Below are positions 18,546-29,700 of a stretch of DNA of 64,000 nucleotides, piece after piece. Within the stretch, counting starts at the first letter, position 1, and each line of letters opens with the position of its first letter. The notes under the pieces were generated by a model. That model had not been told where the DNA came from. It saw nothing but the letters and a program-made list of their open reading frames with translations, and ran no database searches. The DNA is taken from assembly GCA_964218365.1 (NCBI GenBank), contig CAXPMI010000031.1:9940-73939 (forward strand), read 5' to 3'. The translations under genes were made by a program, and so were the position numbers. This DNA is from Candidatus Poseidoniaceae archaeon. Its GTDB lineage: Archaea; Thermoplasmatota; Poseidoniia; Poseidoniales; Poseidoniaceae.

Positions 18546-20585
18546 ATGGGAAGAGTCACATGGTTGCTTGTAAGCATGATTCTAATCATGCCAGTAGTAG
18601 CTGCAGGCCAATCCTATGTGTACAATACTAGCGATGGTGATGTTTGGTTCGATTGTGAAAACTCTTGGGCTAATATCACAACCGAAGACGGCAATTTAGT
18701 CGGAAACGGTAGTGAATTCAAAGCGACAATCGAAGAAGGTAACCACACGGTTTCATTTGAAGATCAAAACAATTGCCAATTCGTAATTCCTGTGAATGGG
18801 GACTTGCCGAATATGAGACCTGCCCCTACGGATTCTTTTGAGGTACTCAATACACAGGTCTGCAGTCAATTAGATTACCAAAGTAATTCATGCTACAAAT
18901 ACCTAGTATCTGGTAATGTAAGCGATGGCGACGATGATATCTTCGCAGTTGATGTATCTAAGGGTCAATTAGTATCTGTGATACTGAATGCAGCATCCTC
19001 TGCAATCGAAATTGAGGTTCATTTCCAAAACGAATTTAGTGAAACTAAATTGAATAGTGAGATATCAATTGCGCTAAACACATCCATCTCAGAAACAAAC
19101 CAAATGTTAATCCCGGCTACTGAGAATGGAAGAATTGTCTTTACCGTTTCTAGTCCGCATCAGGGAACACTATGGATGACAAGCCTAGAGATTTTCACAA
19201 CCGGAGGACATGACCTCTTGACCGGTCTAGGCGACATATCAGGAGTGGGAAATGTATCTTATCAATTTGGACTGGGTGAAGATGAATCGATTCTAGTAAC
19301 TTCATCTGAAGACATTTCCAACGGTGTAAATTTAGGACTAAAATACCGCTACCTATTCACTGAGACAATATTTTCTGAGTGGAATAACATATCTTCAACC
19401 GGTGTGATTGCTGGAGTGGACAGTATCATCGGAATCGAACTGTGGTGGGATTGTGACTGTGAATGGGAATCTACTCTTATCCATAGGACACACTTTGATG
19501 CAGGCTGGCAAGGAGATGCCCCTGGATTTAAGCCACTTTCAGCAATGAGTGACAACTCATCTTATCCATTAATTCCAATGGATGGCACTCCATTTGATGG
19601 AGAAATAACACTCTTTATGGATGATTATCAAGATGTGCTAAGAGTAGAAACAACCGGTTGGAATGAGTCAGTACATTTAGTCGATGTAACTGTTGAAGGA
19701 GATGTTTACGAACTTCAAGTTTTGATATTGAACATGGACCAAAACACTTGGGATGTTTTGGACCAAGTATCAGCAACATATTCTATGGACAAGATTAGGA
19801 TCACCCTGGATGTAGGATTAGGTACTCATTTCGTGAAAATTCAACACCAAAACGGTAGTTCTGCACTCGATGAAAATGCAGAATCATTGGATTGGACAAT
19901 ACGCATTAACACCGCAGTTCTCGAAGAGGGAGAAGAACCATGGTTCCCAGCATCAAATGCTGTGAAAGAAGCAGCAGACGTGTTCTACTGGTTGATTGGT
20001 TTACTTCTGATTTTACCATTCATAATTTTCTACATCAATGTAAACAATAACAAAAAATTCGCTGAAGAATTTGCAAGAAAGAAAAACAGATTGCAGTGGT
20101 TGAGCGATAAATTGGATGAAGGAGAATTCTCTCCTACAGACCTTTCTAGAGCACTGAAGTCTGTATCCTCCCTAGAATGGGAAGAAGCATTAGAAGTCTG
20201 GGGAGAACCTGAGACCAGACATTACACTAATGGCATTGATATGGCGATCTGGACACTTGATGAAAGGATTTCCGATACGGGTTCATGGCCAATTCTAATT
20301 GGACTTACACCTCAAGATTACGAGTGGAGTGTTGCTGCCCTGAAATTTGAGGCGAATGAAGGTCCAGATTGGGTTGTTAGCAGTGTTGAGCCAAAATTAC
20401 TTTCAAGAGCAAATGAGGTTTTCTTGGACACCATATACACCAATTCTCGTGTGTTCATACGCGTCGATTTAACCGGTAATGCAAAGTCGCTAGACATCTA
20501 TCTATCTGGAATGGTCAACGGTGAACCAATCGCAGCCAAACCAGCTAACACGATATATCGTAACTCTGTAGAATCCGAAGAATGA
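18546..20585 (+). CDS. Single-pass membrane protein with beta-rich (PPC-like) extracellular domains and a folded cytoplasmic domain
   Basis: Signal peptide MGRVTWLLVSMILIMPVVAA; DDDIFAVDV and DYQDVLRV strands; TM FYWLIGLLLILPFIIFYI; TTGAAG exactly 30 nt upstream of ATG 18546. Confidence 0.7.
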   Translation: MGRVTWLLVSMILIMPVVAAGQSYVYNTSDGDVWFDCENSWANITTEDGNLVGNGSEFKATIEEGNHTVSFEDQNNCQFVIPVNGDLPNMRPAPTDSFEVLNTQVCSQLDYQSNSCYKYLVSGNVSDGDDDIFAVDVSKGQLVSVILNAASSAIEIEVHFQNEFSETKLNSEISIALNTSISETNQMLIPATENGRIVFTVSSPHQGTLWMTSLEIFTTGGHDLLTGLGDISGVGNVSYQFGLGEDESILVTSSEDISNGVNLGLKYRYLFTETIFSEWNNISSTGVIAGVDSIIGIELWWDCDCEWESTLIHRTHFDAGWQGDAPGFKPLSAMSDNSSYPLIPMDGTPFDGEITLFMDDYQDVLRVETTGWNESVHLVDVTVEGDVYELQVLILNMDQNTWDVLDQVSATYSMDKIRITLDVGLGTHFVKIQHQNGSSALDENAESLDWTIRINTAVLEEGEEPWFPASNAVKEAADVFYWLIGLLLILPFIIFYINVNNNKKFAEEFARKKNRLQWLSDKLDEGEFSPTDLSRALKSVSSLEWEEALEVWGEPETRHYTNGIDMAIWTLDERISDTGSWPILIGLTPQDYEWSVAALKFEANEGPDWVVSSVEPKLLSRANEVFLDTIYTNSRVFIRVDLTGNAKSLDIYLSGMVNGEPIAAKPANTIYRNSVESEE

Positions 20586-21710
20586 CTACCCTCTTCTTTC
20601 TGAGGCATCATCCATTATTCTGTCAACTACATCTTTTGTTCCCGATAAGTTATCCCGTAGTTGTTCAAGAGATTTTTTTGTTGCTTTGTCGAATTTTTTC
20701 GGCATGTGGAGTTTACACAATACAACAACATCCCCTCTTCCAATACCGCGACTAGACGGCACTCCTCTCGAGTTAATTGTGATCGTATCTCCTGAATTTG
20801 TTCCCACTGGGACTTTGATTAGCAAATCCTTGCCATCGATATGTGGAAGTTTTACAGTTGTACCTAAGGCGAGGTCACTAAATCCAAGAGGTAGGGACAT
20901 TATCAAATCCATTCCATTCCTTTCAAACCAAGGATGTTCCTCAACAATCAGTTCTATGAATAAATCACCGGAAATTCCACGACCAAAGGGAGCAGGTTGC
21001 CCTTTTCCTCGCATTCGTAAGCGAGTTCCATCTTGGGCACCAACTGGAATATTGAAACGTAGAACCTGAGATTCACTTTGAGTCCCACCACCTGAACAAG
21101 GCTTACATCTATCTTTGAATGTTCTACCTGAACCATTACAATTTGGACAACTGCGGACTGAATCTTGAACAAACGGCCCGATTTGTTGCCGAATTCTAAC
21201 CTGCCCTGAACCACTACACTCTGAACACTGGGTTGTGACACCATCCTTTGCACCTGTACCCTCACAGTCCGAGCAAAGTATGGGCAAATCGATTTCAATC
21301 TCGTCCTTGCCCCCTTCGAGTACAGATTCCAATGAAATCTCGTGCCGGACCAAAATATCGTTGCCTTGGCTTTGTGCTGACCTCCTGCGGCCACCGCCAA
21401 AAATATTGGAAAAGAAGTCTCCACCCAGTATGTCATCAAGATTGATATTGAATCCTTGGAATCCTCCGGGCCCAAACGGAGAGCCACCGGGTGAATCATG
21501 ACCGAATCGGTCGTAATTCCTACGCTTTTCTGGATCTGAGAGAACAGCGTACGCCTCTTGAATTTCTTTGAACTTTTCATCAGCGTCAGGAGCATCGTTT
21601 TTGTCAGGGTGGTACTTTCTTGCTAGCGACCTGAATGCTTTCTTTAGTTCCTTTTCATCCGAATCTTTGGTGACTCCGAGAACCTCATAGTAGTCTCGTT
21701 TCTCTGACAT
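20586..21710 (-). CDS. dnaJ: Chaperone DnaJ
   Basis: [15 protein letters not shown] region, four CxxCxGxG repeats, C-terminal domain. Confidence 0.96.
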   Translation of the reverse strand: MSEKRDYYEVLGVTKDSDEKELKKAFRSLARKYHPDKNDAPDADEKFKEIQEAYAVLSDPEKRRNYDRFGHDSPGGSPFGPGGFQGFNINLDDILGGDFFSNIFGGGRRRSAQSQGNDILVRHEISLESVLEGGKDEIEIDLPILCSDCEGTGAKDGVTTQCSECSGSGQVRIRQQIGPFVQDSVRSCPNCNGSGRTFKDRCKPCSGGGTQSESQVLRFNIPVGAQDGTRLRMRGKGQPAPFGRGISGDLFIELIVEEHPWFERNGMDLIMSLPLGFSDLALGTTVKLPHIDGKDLLIKVPVGTNSGDTITINSRGVPSSRGIGRGDVVVLCKLHMPKKFDKATKKSLEQLRDNLSGTKDVVDRIMDDASERRG

Positions 21711-21762
21711 AATATCACCTCGTTCAATATATCTGGTAAGGCAGGGGTTCTTCAGTCCAACG

Positions 21763-22680
21763 CTATAATTCACTTCCACAATTCATGCAAAATCGCTCAC
21801 CTACAGAGTTTGGAGCATTGCAAACTCTACATGTTGGCTTTGGAGCGAATCCCGAGTTTGGGACATTTGGTTTTGTTGAAGAAACACCAAAAGCCATCTC
21901 CTCTATTGAGACACCTCTTTGTATAGGCGCACTAACTTGATTGGTTTCATCATCGATAGTTACAGACTCAGCACCATATTCTGTCATAGAAATCATTTCC
22001 ATAGGAATTTGTTTCTTCTCCTCCGATTCTATTGGTTGGATTGGAGCAATAGGACGTTGAGCGATCACAGGTGATAGATCACTTCTTGCCTGTAACTTAG
22101 CTCGTTTTATTGCATCTCTTTCGGCCTTTCTATCTCTACCTCTTAATGATGCAATCCAATCCAAGAATGAATCCATTGGAGAAGGTTTTCTCACCGAACC
22201 TACCGTGGAATTTACTCCACTCTCTCCAAATTGTTCATCGCCTGAAACACGAGCCTGGGCTCGTCTTACGTGTTCAGCGTCGACCAACATTTCAACATTG
22301 ACTTCAGTGTTGATTTCTGTCTCAGAGTTAGTAGAATAGGAACCTACTGCTGAACCAACTTTGCCCTTGAGACTTGCCTCTGCCTCCATTGAAAGGTTGG
22401 TATCCATAGCAACGTCTTTTTCCCAAACGCCACTTTCTTCGGCTTTGAAGTGTTTACCTACTGATTTGACAGCACGACTCCTCTGCCATTCATGGTCTCT
22501 AACAACTCTAGTCCTTCTGTAGAGAAGATATCCTACTCCAAACGCGCCTATGTGTAACCCGACATTTAGGTTGGTAGATACTGCCATCATTTCCCCAAGG
22601 GGTTCGACGATAAACCTCAATGCATTTAGTACGATAACAGGTGTGAATAGCATCACTAGTGAAGTAACCTGTCTCGCCAT
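21763..22680 (-). CDS. Membrane protein with two N-terminal TM helices and a C-terminal zinc ribbon
   Basis: Hydrophobic N-terminus; CRVCNAPN...RFCMNCG. Confidence 0.75.
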   Translation of the reverse strand: MARQVTSLVMLFTPVIVLNALRFIVEPLGEMMAVSTNLNVGLHIGAFGVGYLLYRRTRVVRDHEWQRSRAVKSVGKHFKAEESGVWEKDVAMDTNLSMEAEASLKGKVGSAVGSYSTNSETEINTEVNVEMLVDAEHVRRAQARVSGDEQFGESGVNSTVGSVRKPSPMDSFLDWIASLRGRDRKAERDAIKRAKLQARSDLSPVIAQRPIAPIQPIESEEKKQIPMEMISMTEYGAESVTIDDETNQVSAPIQRGVSIEEMAFGVSSTKPNVPNSGFAPKPTCRVCNAPNSVGERFCMNCGSEL

Positions 22681-22721
22681 CTAATCTCTCCCTATCCGTT
22701 TCATCAATGAAAGTTTGTGTA

Positions 22722-23690
22722 TCATGTACGGTCTGTTGGTGCTCTACCACTTCGAATCAGGCCATCAAACATACCAACTGTAAATGCTGTGTGGAGCATT
22801 ACCAAGCAAATCGGTACTCCAACAAGGCATGAAAGACGTGATTTTGTGTATACTAATCCGGTGATAAGGAGCGCTAATACGTATGCAACTGGGGCGTACC
22901 ACCATTCTGGTAAAGCAAAAATAAGAACGAGACCAAGCAACGGTAAGAATTCTCTCGGGTCTATTCTTTTAGGATGTTTTAGTACAACTTTCGTTCGCCA
23001 GAAACCATACCTGTGGCACATTTTCCACCAATTTTTGAGAGAAGAACGCTTGTGCATGTAAACACAAGAAACATCCGAGCGCCATAGTTGCCATCCTGCT
23101 GATATCAGCCTCATGGATAAATCACTATCTTGACTTGTAATGAATCTCTCATCCCATCCACTTACCGACTTCAGCGCTTCGACATTGTGCAAACAAAATG
23201 CTGGTATCTTTGTTTTATGACGGCCTGAAAATCTATTGAATTGACCACCACCCGAACCAATTGGAGAACTAAGAGCACCTTCAATCCATGAAGAAACGTG
23301 ATGCTCTGAATCTGCAGATTCAGTTAAACACCCAATTGCTCCGACCTTTATCCCCAAGGTGGACTCCAAGTCAATTAGGTCATTCACCCTTTTCTCGACA
23401 TGATCTCTGTCTATCCATGAATGACCTATTATCTCAAGGCAGTGTGTGATTTCATCATCTAAGTGGTGCAAAGCAAGATTCCTTGCATTAGCAACACGCT
23501 TTCCGGGGTTATCTATTACTCGAATAGAATCACCATAACTCTTGAGAATATCTAGTGTGGAATCAGTAGAACCACCATCGAGAACCAATATCTTGACTGG
23601 TAAGGTTTGTGCCAGCAGACTATCGATACATCGATTGATGAACTTCTCTTCATTCAAGACGGGTACAACTGCACATACCCGAATCTGCAT
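22722..23690 (-). CDS. Family 2 glycosyltransferase (ExoA-like) with C-terminal TM helices
   Basis: VVPVLNEE, LDGGSTDST, SQDSDLSMRL, RYGFWR. Confidence 0.9.
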   Translation of the reverse strand: MQIRVCAVVPVLNEEKFINRCIDSLLAQTLPVKILVLDGGSTDSTLDILKSYGDSIRVIDNPGKRVANARNLALHHLDDEITHCLEIIGHSWIDRDHVEKRVNDLIDLESTLGIKVGAIGCLTESADSEHHVSSWIEGALSSPIGSGGGQFNRFSGRHKTKIPAFCLHNVEALKSVSGWDERFITSQDSDLSMRLISAGWQLWRSDVSCVYMHKRSSLKNWWKMCHRYGFWRTKVVLKHPKRIDPREFLPLLGLVLIFALPEWWYAPVAYVLALLITGLVYTKSRLSCLVGVPICLVMLHTAFTVGMFDGLIRSGRAPTDRT

Positions 23691-23765
23691 GGAGGTTCCT
23701 GTTTGACTTCTAGTTGTCAATGTTAGCATAATAAATTCATTGAGTAAGTAGTTCTGGGAGGTAAT

Positions 23766-24272
23766 ATGCCGAGGCTGAAACTAACCGCTATCGACGAAGG
23801 TTATACTGTCGTGGTATCATCGAGGCTACTTGGTGCAGATGACCCAGAGTTAGTTCAGGATGCAATATTGAAATTGTTTCCAGACTTCACCTGTGGGCTA
23901 CCTGAAAGCCCAAAATTCCCTAGCGAACAAGATGACATACTGGCATCAGATAATGTTAGCATGCAAACATTCCTTGAGGTAATACACAACCAATTTATTC
24001 TCGATACTGCCCTAGATTATATGTCAGCAAACCTAGACGAGAATGGAACCGTGTTTCACATTTCAAGACAGGCTGCGATGGCAGGGAAGGTTGCCTTTCC
24101 GCTTCCTGGAGAAAGCCCACTAGGCGGCCTTATTACCATAGAAATCGAAGGAGACAACCTAGGTGATTGGCTTGAGGCTGCTACTTGGCATAGCGGCCGT
24201 GAAAACATACCTAGAAGAATTGGTGATGAGTTTTCTATGCAGAGTGACGGTGATGCTTCAACTTGGCACTGA
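23766..24272 (+). CDS. UPF0201/DUF54-like putative RNA-binding protein
   Basis: DDPELVQDAILKLFP, ILDTA, ISRQAAMAGKV, ESPLG. Confidence 0.7.
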   Translation: MPRLKLTAIDEGYTVVVSSRLLGADDPELVQDAILKLFPDFTCGLPESPKFPSEQDDILASDNVSMQTFLEVIHNQFILDTALDYMSANLDENGTVFHISRQAAMAGKVAFPLPGESPLGGLITIEIEGDNLGDWLEAATWHSGRENIPRRIGDEFSMQSDGDASTWH

Positions 24273-25182
24273 TGGCATTTGCAATATCCCTGTCAGGCCC
24301 AAGCCATTCTACTTCATCTGGACCATCGCACCACTGTGTTTTGTCGTGCACGTGTAGTTTCATTTCCCCACCAGAAATGAAACACTCCATGACATGAAGC
24401 CGTACAACTACATCACCGTGGTCAAATATCCATTCACCAATCAATTCACCTGTAGTAACATCGAGTTCTAACTCTTCTTTGATTTCTCTAATCAGACACA
24501 TTGAAGCATTTTCACCATCTTCAAATTTACCACCCGGAAATTCCCACCATCCTGCGTGCTTTTCTGATTGGGCCCTTCGTGCTGCCAAAAACTTACCATT
24601 GTGAATAATTGCTCCTGCACCAACATTGAGACAAGGTGGTCTAAGCATACGATCCAAGCATTGCAGAGCAAGCCCTTTTGCATCGCTTTGACTTAATGGC
24701 AGGTGAAGGAAAAAGCAAGGCGTTCCGTCCTTAATATTCATCAACGTCCTGTAGAGGGTCTCGTTACAGATATATTCTCCTGCATCCTCGCTAATCATAG
24801 GTGAATCAACCATCGATGATATGTCCCAATCATTGGGGTTTATTGTTGACGATATGTCACCTTTTCCACTTATTTTCCTATTGCTAACTTCTCTTCCAGA
24901 ATTATCAGGAATTCTAAAATCCAAAATATCTCTGGCCTTTATTTCGATTCGGGGATGTGCAGAATTGGCTGCTAAACCAATGTGAAGAATCGCTGCAAAT
25001 TCCTCTTCATCTAACATACTAGCAACTGTGTTGCTACCCTCAAAGTCTACAGAAAGAATCAGTGAACGTATTTTGTGGCCACGTACTTCCATACCCTCAA
25101 GAGATTTGGCTACACCCTCAGAGACGTTTATTTCATGTTCGCCGAATGCTTCGAAACCGGTAACAAGAATCGGCTTCGCCAT
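24235..25182 (-). CDS. Fusion of pyroglutamyl-peptidase I (C15) and a MutT-like Nudix hydrolase
   Basis: ILVTGFEAFG, RIE, DAGEYICNE, FLHLP (Glu/Cys/His triad); WEFPGGKFEDGENASMCLIREIKEEL Nudix box. Confidence 0.9.
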   Translation of the reverse strand: MAKPILVTGFEAFGEHEINVSEGVAKSLEGMEVRGHKIRSLILSVDFEGSNTVASMLDEEEFAAILHIGLAANSAHPRIEIKARDILDFRIPDNSGREVSNRKISGKGDISSTINPNDWDISSMVDSPMISEDAGEYICNETLYRTLMNIKDGTPCFFLHLPLSQSDAKGLALQCLDRMLRPPCLNVGAGAIIHNGKFLAARRAQSEKHAGWWEFPGGKFEDGENASMCLIREIKEELELDVTTGELIGEWIFDHGDVVVRLHVMECFISGGEMKLHVHDKTQWCDGPDEVEWLGPDRDIANAISAKLKHHRHSA

Positions 25183-25258
25183 GCTTTACCTCAGTAATAG
25201 GACTGCAATGAGTATTTGCGTCGCCACATTGACAAGTAACATCGCTTTGGACAATATT

Positions 25259-25597
25259 ATGCAGGACGATGACATGGATCTAGAAGTAGTCGTCCCAGTA
25301 GAGGAAAAAGACGTTGATTCGATTGCATTAGGAAAGACAATCTGGAATGAGGTTACTGCAGGTGTTGGAATCTGGGGAGCATTTAGACCGATTTTTGCAG
25401 TAGCACTCTCTCTAGTTCCATTTTTATTCTTAGGCCAACATTTCAATCGAAAGCATCGAAGAGGATTTGATTGGTTTTTACTGCAGATTCCTCTTGCATT
25501 CACGCTAGTTCTTTGGGTGCTACTGTACGTCTGGTCGGTATTTGATGCATGGAGAGATGCTAGTGTTGACGTTGCAAAAAGTCATGACCAAAGTTGA
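25259..25597 (+). CDS. Small membrane protein (two TM helices)
   Basis: 3' part of the 189-aa ORF; ATG 25259 has TTGACA 30 nt upstream; LGQHFN...YVWSVFDAW resembles TM2-like small proteins. Confidence 0.65.
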   Translation: MQDDDMDLEVVVPVEEKDVDSIALGKTIWNEVTAGVGIWGAFRPIFAVALSLVPFLFLGQHFNRKHRRGFDWFLLQIPLAFTLVLWVLLYVWSVFDAWRDASVDVAKSHDQS

Positions 25598-26340
25598 TCA
25601 CTGCACTTTAGTTCACCACTAGCCATACCCGCGAGATCAGCTTTGTCATCATCATCAAACTCATCAGGTATACTTCCTGAAAATATATTCCCGATACTAC
25701 TGCTTTCAATGGCCCAGTACATCACAGAGTCATCATTACTTGAGTGACCTGGATGGTCGGGATCTTCGTGATCAATTGGAGAAGTGTATACCAAATTGAC
25801 CAACCCAAGCAAGTGACCTGCCTCGTGAACAGTAACTGCTCTTTCTATTTCATCTGCAGAAGGACGTCCAAGGAAGTTTTCAGAATCCTCGATTGAATCC
25901 CTAAATACCGCCACAGTAGATGCATCTACTGCAACACCCAGTACCGAATCATCATTGTATGTCCCTTTGGGGAATAGGAAATACCAATTGAGAGTATCTG
26001 AGGCCATTGCGTCATCGCCATGTTTCCATCTTGCATCTCTAACATCGTTTGCGCTCCATGAGTTATCTTCACTGAAATCAACTTCTCTAGCTACGATTTG
26101 AATTCCGTTCGGTTTGTCACAGACTTGGTTTAACCTTGTTTTGACTAAATCCATGGCAACTGGGTCATAGCCGTTTTCAAACAAGAAATGGAGTTTCATT
26201 CCTTCAAATCGGTCATCTTGAAGGCAAGCCAATGCTAATCCACCTGGGATTCCTCGCTTTTCCTCAAACAGTTCATCTGTTCCGAAACAACCTACGAGGC
26301 TGCTCGAGATTAGTACAAAGATAACAAAGACTACTCGCAT
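25582..26340 (-). CDS. Lipoprotein zinc metalloprotease (metzincin-like)
   Basis: Lipobox SLVGC; HEAGHLLGL; Met-turn SVMYWA. Confidence 0.8.
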   Translation of the reverse strand: MRVVFVIFVLISSSLVGCFGTDELFEEKRGIPGGLALACLQDDRFEGMKLHFLFENGYDPVAMDLVKTRLNQVCDKPNGIQIVAREVDFSEDNSWSANDVRDARWKHGDDAMASDTLNWYFLFPKGTYNDDSVLGVAVDASTVAVFRDSIEDSENFLGRPSADEIERAVTVHEAGHLLGLVNLVYTSPIDHEDPDHPGHSSNDDSVMYWAIESSSIGNIFSGSIPDEFDDDDKADLAGMASGELKCSDQLWS

Positions 26341-26348
26341 TTCATCAC

Positions 26349-26771
26349 CTAAAAATCATCTGGAATTTCAGTTGGGCTAAACAATTGTCCGGGACCTGCT
26401 GCTTGAGACAACTGGTTCCTTGCAAGGTGTTCCCATGAACGCATCACTCCCAGTGCGTCACTTACCAACATTTGTTCTTCTTCCAAAGTTACCCTAATCA
26501 GAGTATCGAGGATATCCATTCGATCCCTATCGACTAATGAAAGAGCCTTTTCTAAATCAAAGCTAGCATCAGTTTCTACTGGTTCGGAATCGAGTGGCCA
26601 AGGTTGAGCCAGGTTATTTGGCAGTTCATTGGTGTGTTCTCTTAGTTGTGATAACAAGCGATTTGTCCATCTCGAGATTACCAAACTTGTTTCCAAGATT
26701 GGCATGTTTAGTTGATTGATTAGATTCACCAACCTCTCTTGCAATGTGACCATTGAATCTGCGCCACTCAT
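26349..26771 (-). CDS. Hypothetical helical protein with an internal 34-aa duplication
   Basis: Tightly packed between neighbours (17- and 8-bp gaps). Confidence 0.7.
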   Translation of the reverse strand: MSGADSMVTLQERLVNLINQLNMPILETSLVISRWTNRLLSQLREHTNELPNNLAQPWPLDSEPVETDASFDLEKALSLVDRDRMDILDTLIRVTLEEEQMLVSDALGVMRSWEHLARNQLSQAAGPGQLFSPTEIPDDF

Positions 26772-26788
26772 CTGAATACCTCAAATGT

Positions 26789-29700
26789 TCACTTACTATT
26801 TTGTAGATATTGGTGACCATAATGGTTCCATTGTTCCATAGTCCATCCTTCCGGCAAGCCAGTTGGTGGTAATGGAGGTGTAGCGGCACCCGCCCCTTGC
26901 GGTGCTAGAGGTTCGTTCTGCACAGGAGCTACAGGGGCAGCTTGCTGGATTTCAGGAACCATCTTAGTATCCATGTTCTCAATAACCTCAGCAGTTTGGT
27001 CAGATTCGTCAACTTCTTCACCACGACGAATTCTTCGCATTTGTACCATTGTCCAAACAGCGAACGACATCGAAACCAATGCAATCAGATACATAATTAC
27101 AGATAATTGAGAATCTGCAACTTGATTTGCGAGTGCTGTACCGTCTCTTTCGACTTCTTCTTTAACCAATAGTGGCGAAATTGAGATTCTTTCTTTTTCT
27201 ACCCCAGAGTCTAGCAGAAGAATCCTGTGTTCTAGTGTATCATCTACTGCTCCGTCGGCGGTAGCTTCTAGCCTAACTTGGGCTGTCTTGCCACTCGAAA
27301 TTTGAATCGACGAAGAGGATATAGTTGCCCAGTCATCACCAGAAACGAGCCTCTGCAGAACGAATGTCACAGTACCTGATGCTCCTGTGTTTCTGGCCTC
27401 GATGGTAAGTGATACTGCTTCATTTGGAGTTGGAGTTGGATTAGACCATTCCCATGTAGTATCTGCCGCTCTCAGACTAACCTCAGGACCTGTCAAGGCC
27501 AGTGGCCAAGATGCCAATGGGTCAGCGACAGTATTTCCTTCACTGTCGTAAGGATTTCCTGACTCATCTGAACCTGTGACCCAAACGTCAATTGTATACG
27601 ATGGAAGGAGCATGGTAGCACCTCCATCAGTCAGGTCAAGATATCCAGTCCAGAAGAATTGGTCTTCGAATGGCGTAGTATCCGGCAGTGGAGATGATCC
27701 TCTACTGATTTCAGCCTCACCTGCTCTGACCAAGTAATGTAATACTGCAGGATCGTCGAGAGAGAATCCTTGGTCATCTCGTGTTTCAAGCATGACTTGC
27801 AAATTGTTTGCAAGGGAAATCGGAATTTCCTGATTTGGTTCTATTCCTCCCAAAGTTACAGCATGAATTGAAGGTCTTTCACTATCGACTGCTAATCTCA
27901 GTCGTGGTTTGAATTCGGATTCATCTTCAGCAAGGCCTGGGAGGTCTTTCAGTTTAGCACGTAGGTCAAGGTGACCACTTCTAACATCTGGTACAAGCAT
28001 GTCAATACTGAAGTATCCTCCTTCTCTGCTTGTAGTTGTCCATTCATTTTCAAAATCTCCTAGAGAGATTGTGAAAGAGCCTGCAGGAGCAGGAGTCTCA
28101 TCCTCTGAGAAGATTACTCTTCCACTGAAACGAAGAGCTTGTCCTGCACCAATCAATGATTCATCAAATTCAGGATTGTAATGGTTTGTTCCATCTCGCA
28201 ATTCAATCGCGAGAATGTGACCCGGTTGAGTGTCAAAGCGCAAGTCATTATCTAGGCTCCACAAATCATTTCCAAGTCCGGCTTTGTGTATGTTACAAGG
28301 AAGGTCTGTGTCAATTCCACAGGACTTATCTTCAATCCAGACTTTCGGAATAAAGTGCTCATTACCGTTTGTGTCCCAGACCTCAGGGAAGTTCCAAGTC
28401 AGTTGGAACTTAATCGATACAATCATTCTAGATTGGAGCTCTGGGTCCAAAATAATCGAAGAATATAGATTGGAAACAGCCAATCCAGTGCCTCCACTCT
28501 CAAGGTACATCTCAGGCATTCCCATTGAGTTTTGTGAAATGTAGGCAAAAATTGAGGTTTCATCATCATCGAAATCACCAGCTAGCGCCAAGTGTACGAA
28601 TTCTACGTCCCACCATCCATTGATATCAGAAATCATGAATGTTGCAGTGTATGGAATCCCGGGATGTAATGGAGCCATATCATCGTGACCCGTTATGGTT
28701 GAATTATCTACATCCATAATCGGTTCAAACTCCTCTCGGATTGTGTACCAGGATAGCGAGTTATCCCAATCAGGTTTGACTTCACCAGGCTTGTCCCCAC
28801 AGAATCCACCAGATTCTACGTCACAAACAGGTGAACCACCCATGGCAATGGTATTATTTTGACCATCTTTCCCTGTTACATAGAAGGCTACTTTATCTCC
28901 ATGAACAAGCATTGAATCATCGATTAATCCGTTGAAAACGTTCAAACCACCTGGTAATATTTCAGGAGTGGTTAGAGTCTTTGAGCGATATTCGATCGGC
29001 TCTGCTAGTCCATTGAAATTAGAATCATCACATCTTTCATTGACTCCTGCCTCACAACCAATCCAGTAGTGAAGGTCTACGGTTTGTGGAGGAGCAACAG
29101 AATCCTGAATGATTATTTCAATTGCTTGTCCGCCGGGAGAAGGGGGACCTTTATGCATCTCTGATGAAGATTCAGGACTTGCGAAGAGTACCAACGGTGC
29201 ATTGCCGTCAAAAATTAACTTGATTGTATTGTAACCCGGGTTGACATATGTTGAACCATTTTCGAGTTCGGTTGCTTCTACGTAGAGAACCATGCCACCT
29301 GGTTCAGATTCTATTGGGGATGCAAAAGTCATGTTATACTGTCCAAATCCAGGATTTCCTTCAGTATGAAGTACAGTAGGTTCTCCAATAGGGTCACCGT
29401 CGTAAGTTACATTTTGACCGATAACTCTGAGTGTAAATTCACCTGCTCTTGGTGAGAATGCTGAATTTTCAAAGTTGATTCCTCCAGTAATCGAGATATT
29501 CAATCCTCCTCGAACCCAATCGCCGGAAAACAACCCCCTTCCTGTTTCTTCCCATACCCTCATTCCATCTAACTGGATATCGTTCTCGATGTTCAGAGCG
29601 AGCGTGTCTGTTGTCCAACCACTAACTTGTGGACCTAGGTCATCACTCAAGGAAACTATTGCTTCCATCTTCCTCTCATCATCCCATGTCCAATTGACTC

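Noticed and set aside
20586..21710. dnaJ without adjacent dnaK/grpE
   Set aside because: Split chaperone loci are common; the partners may lie elsewhere in the genome.
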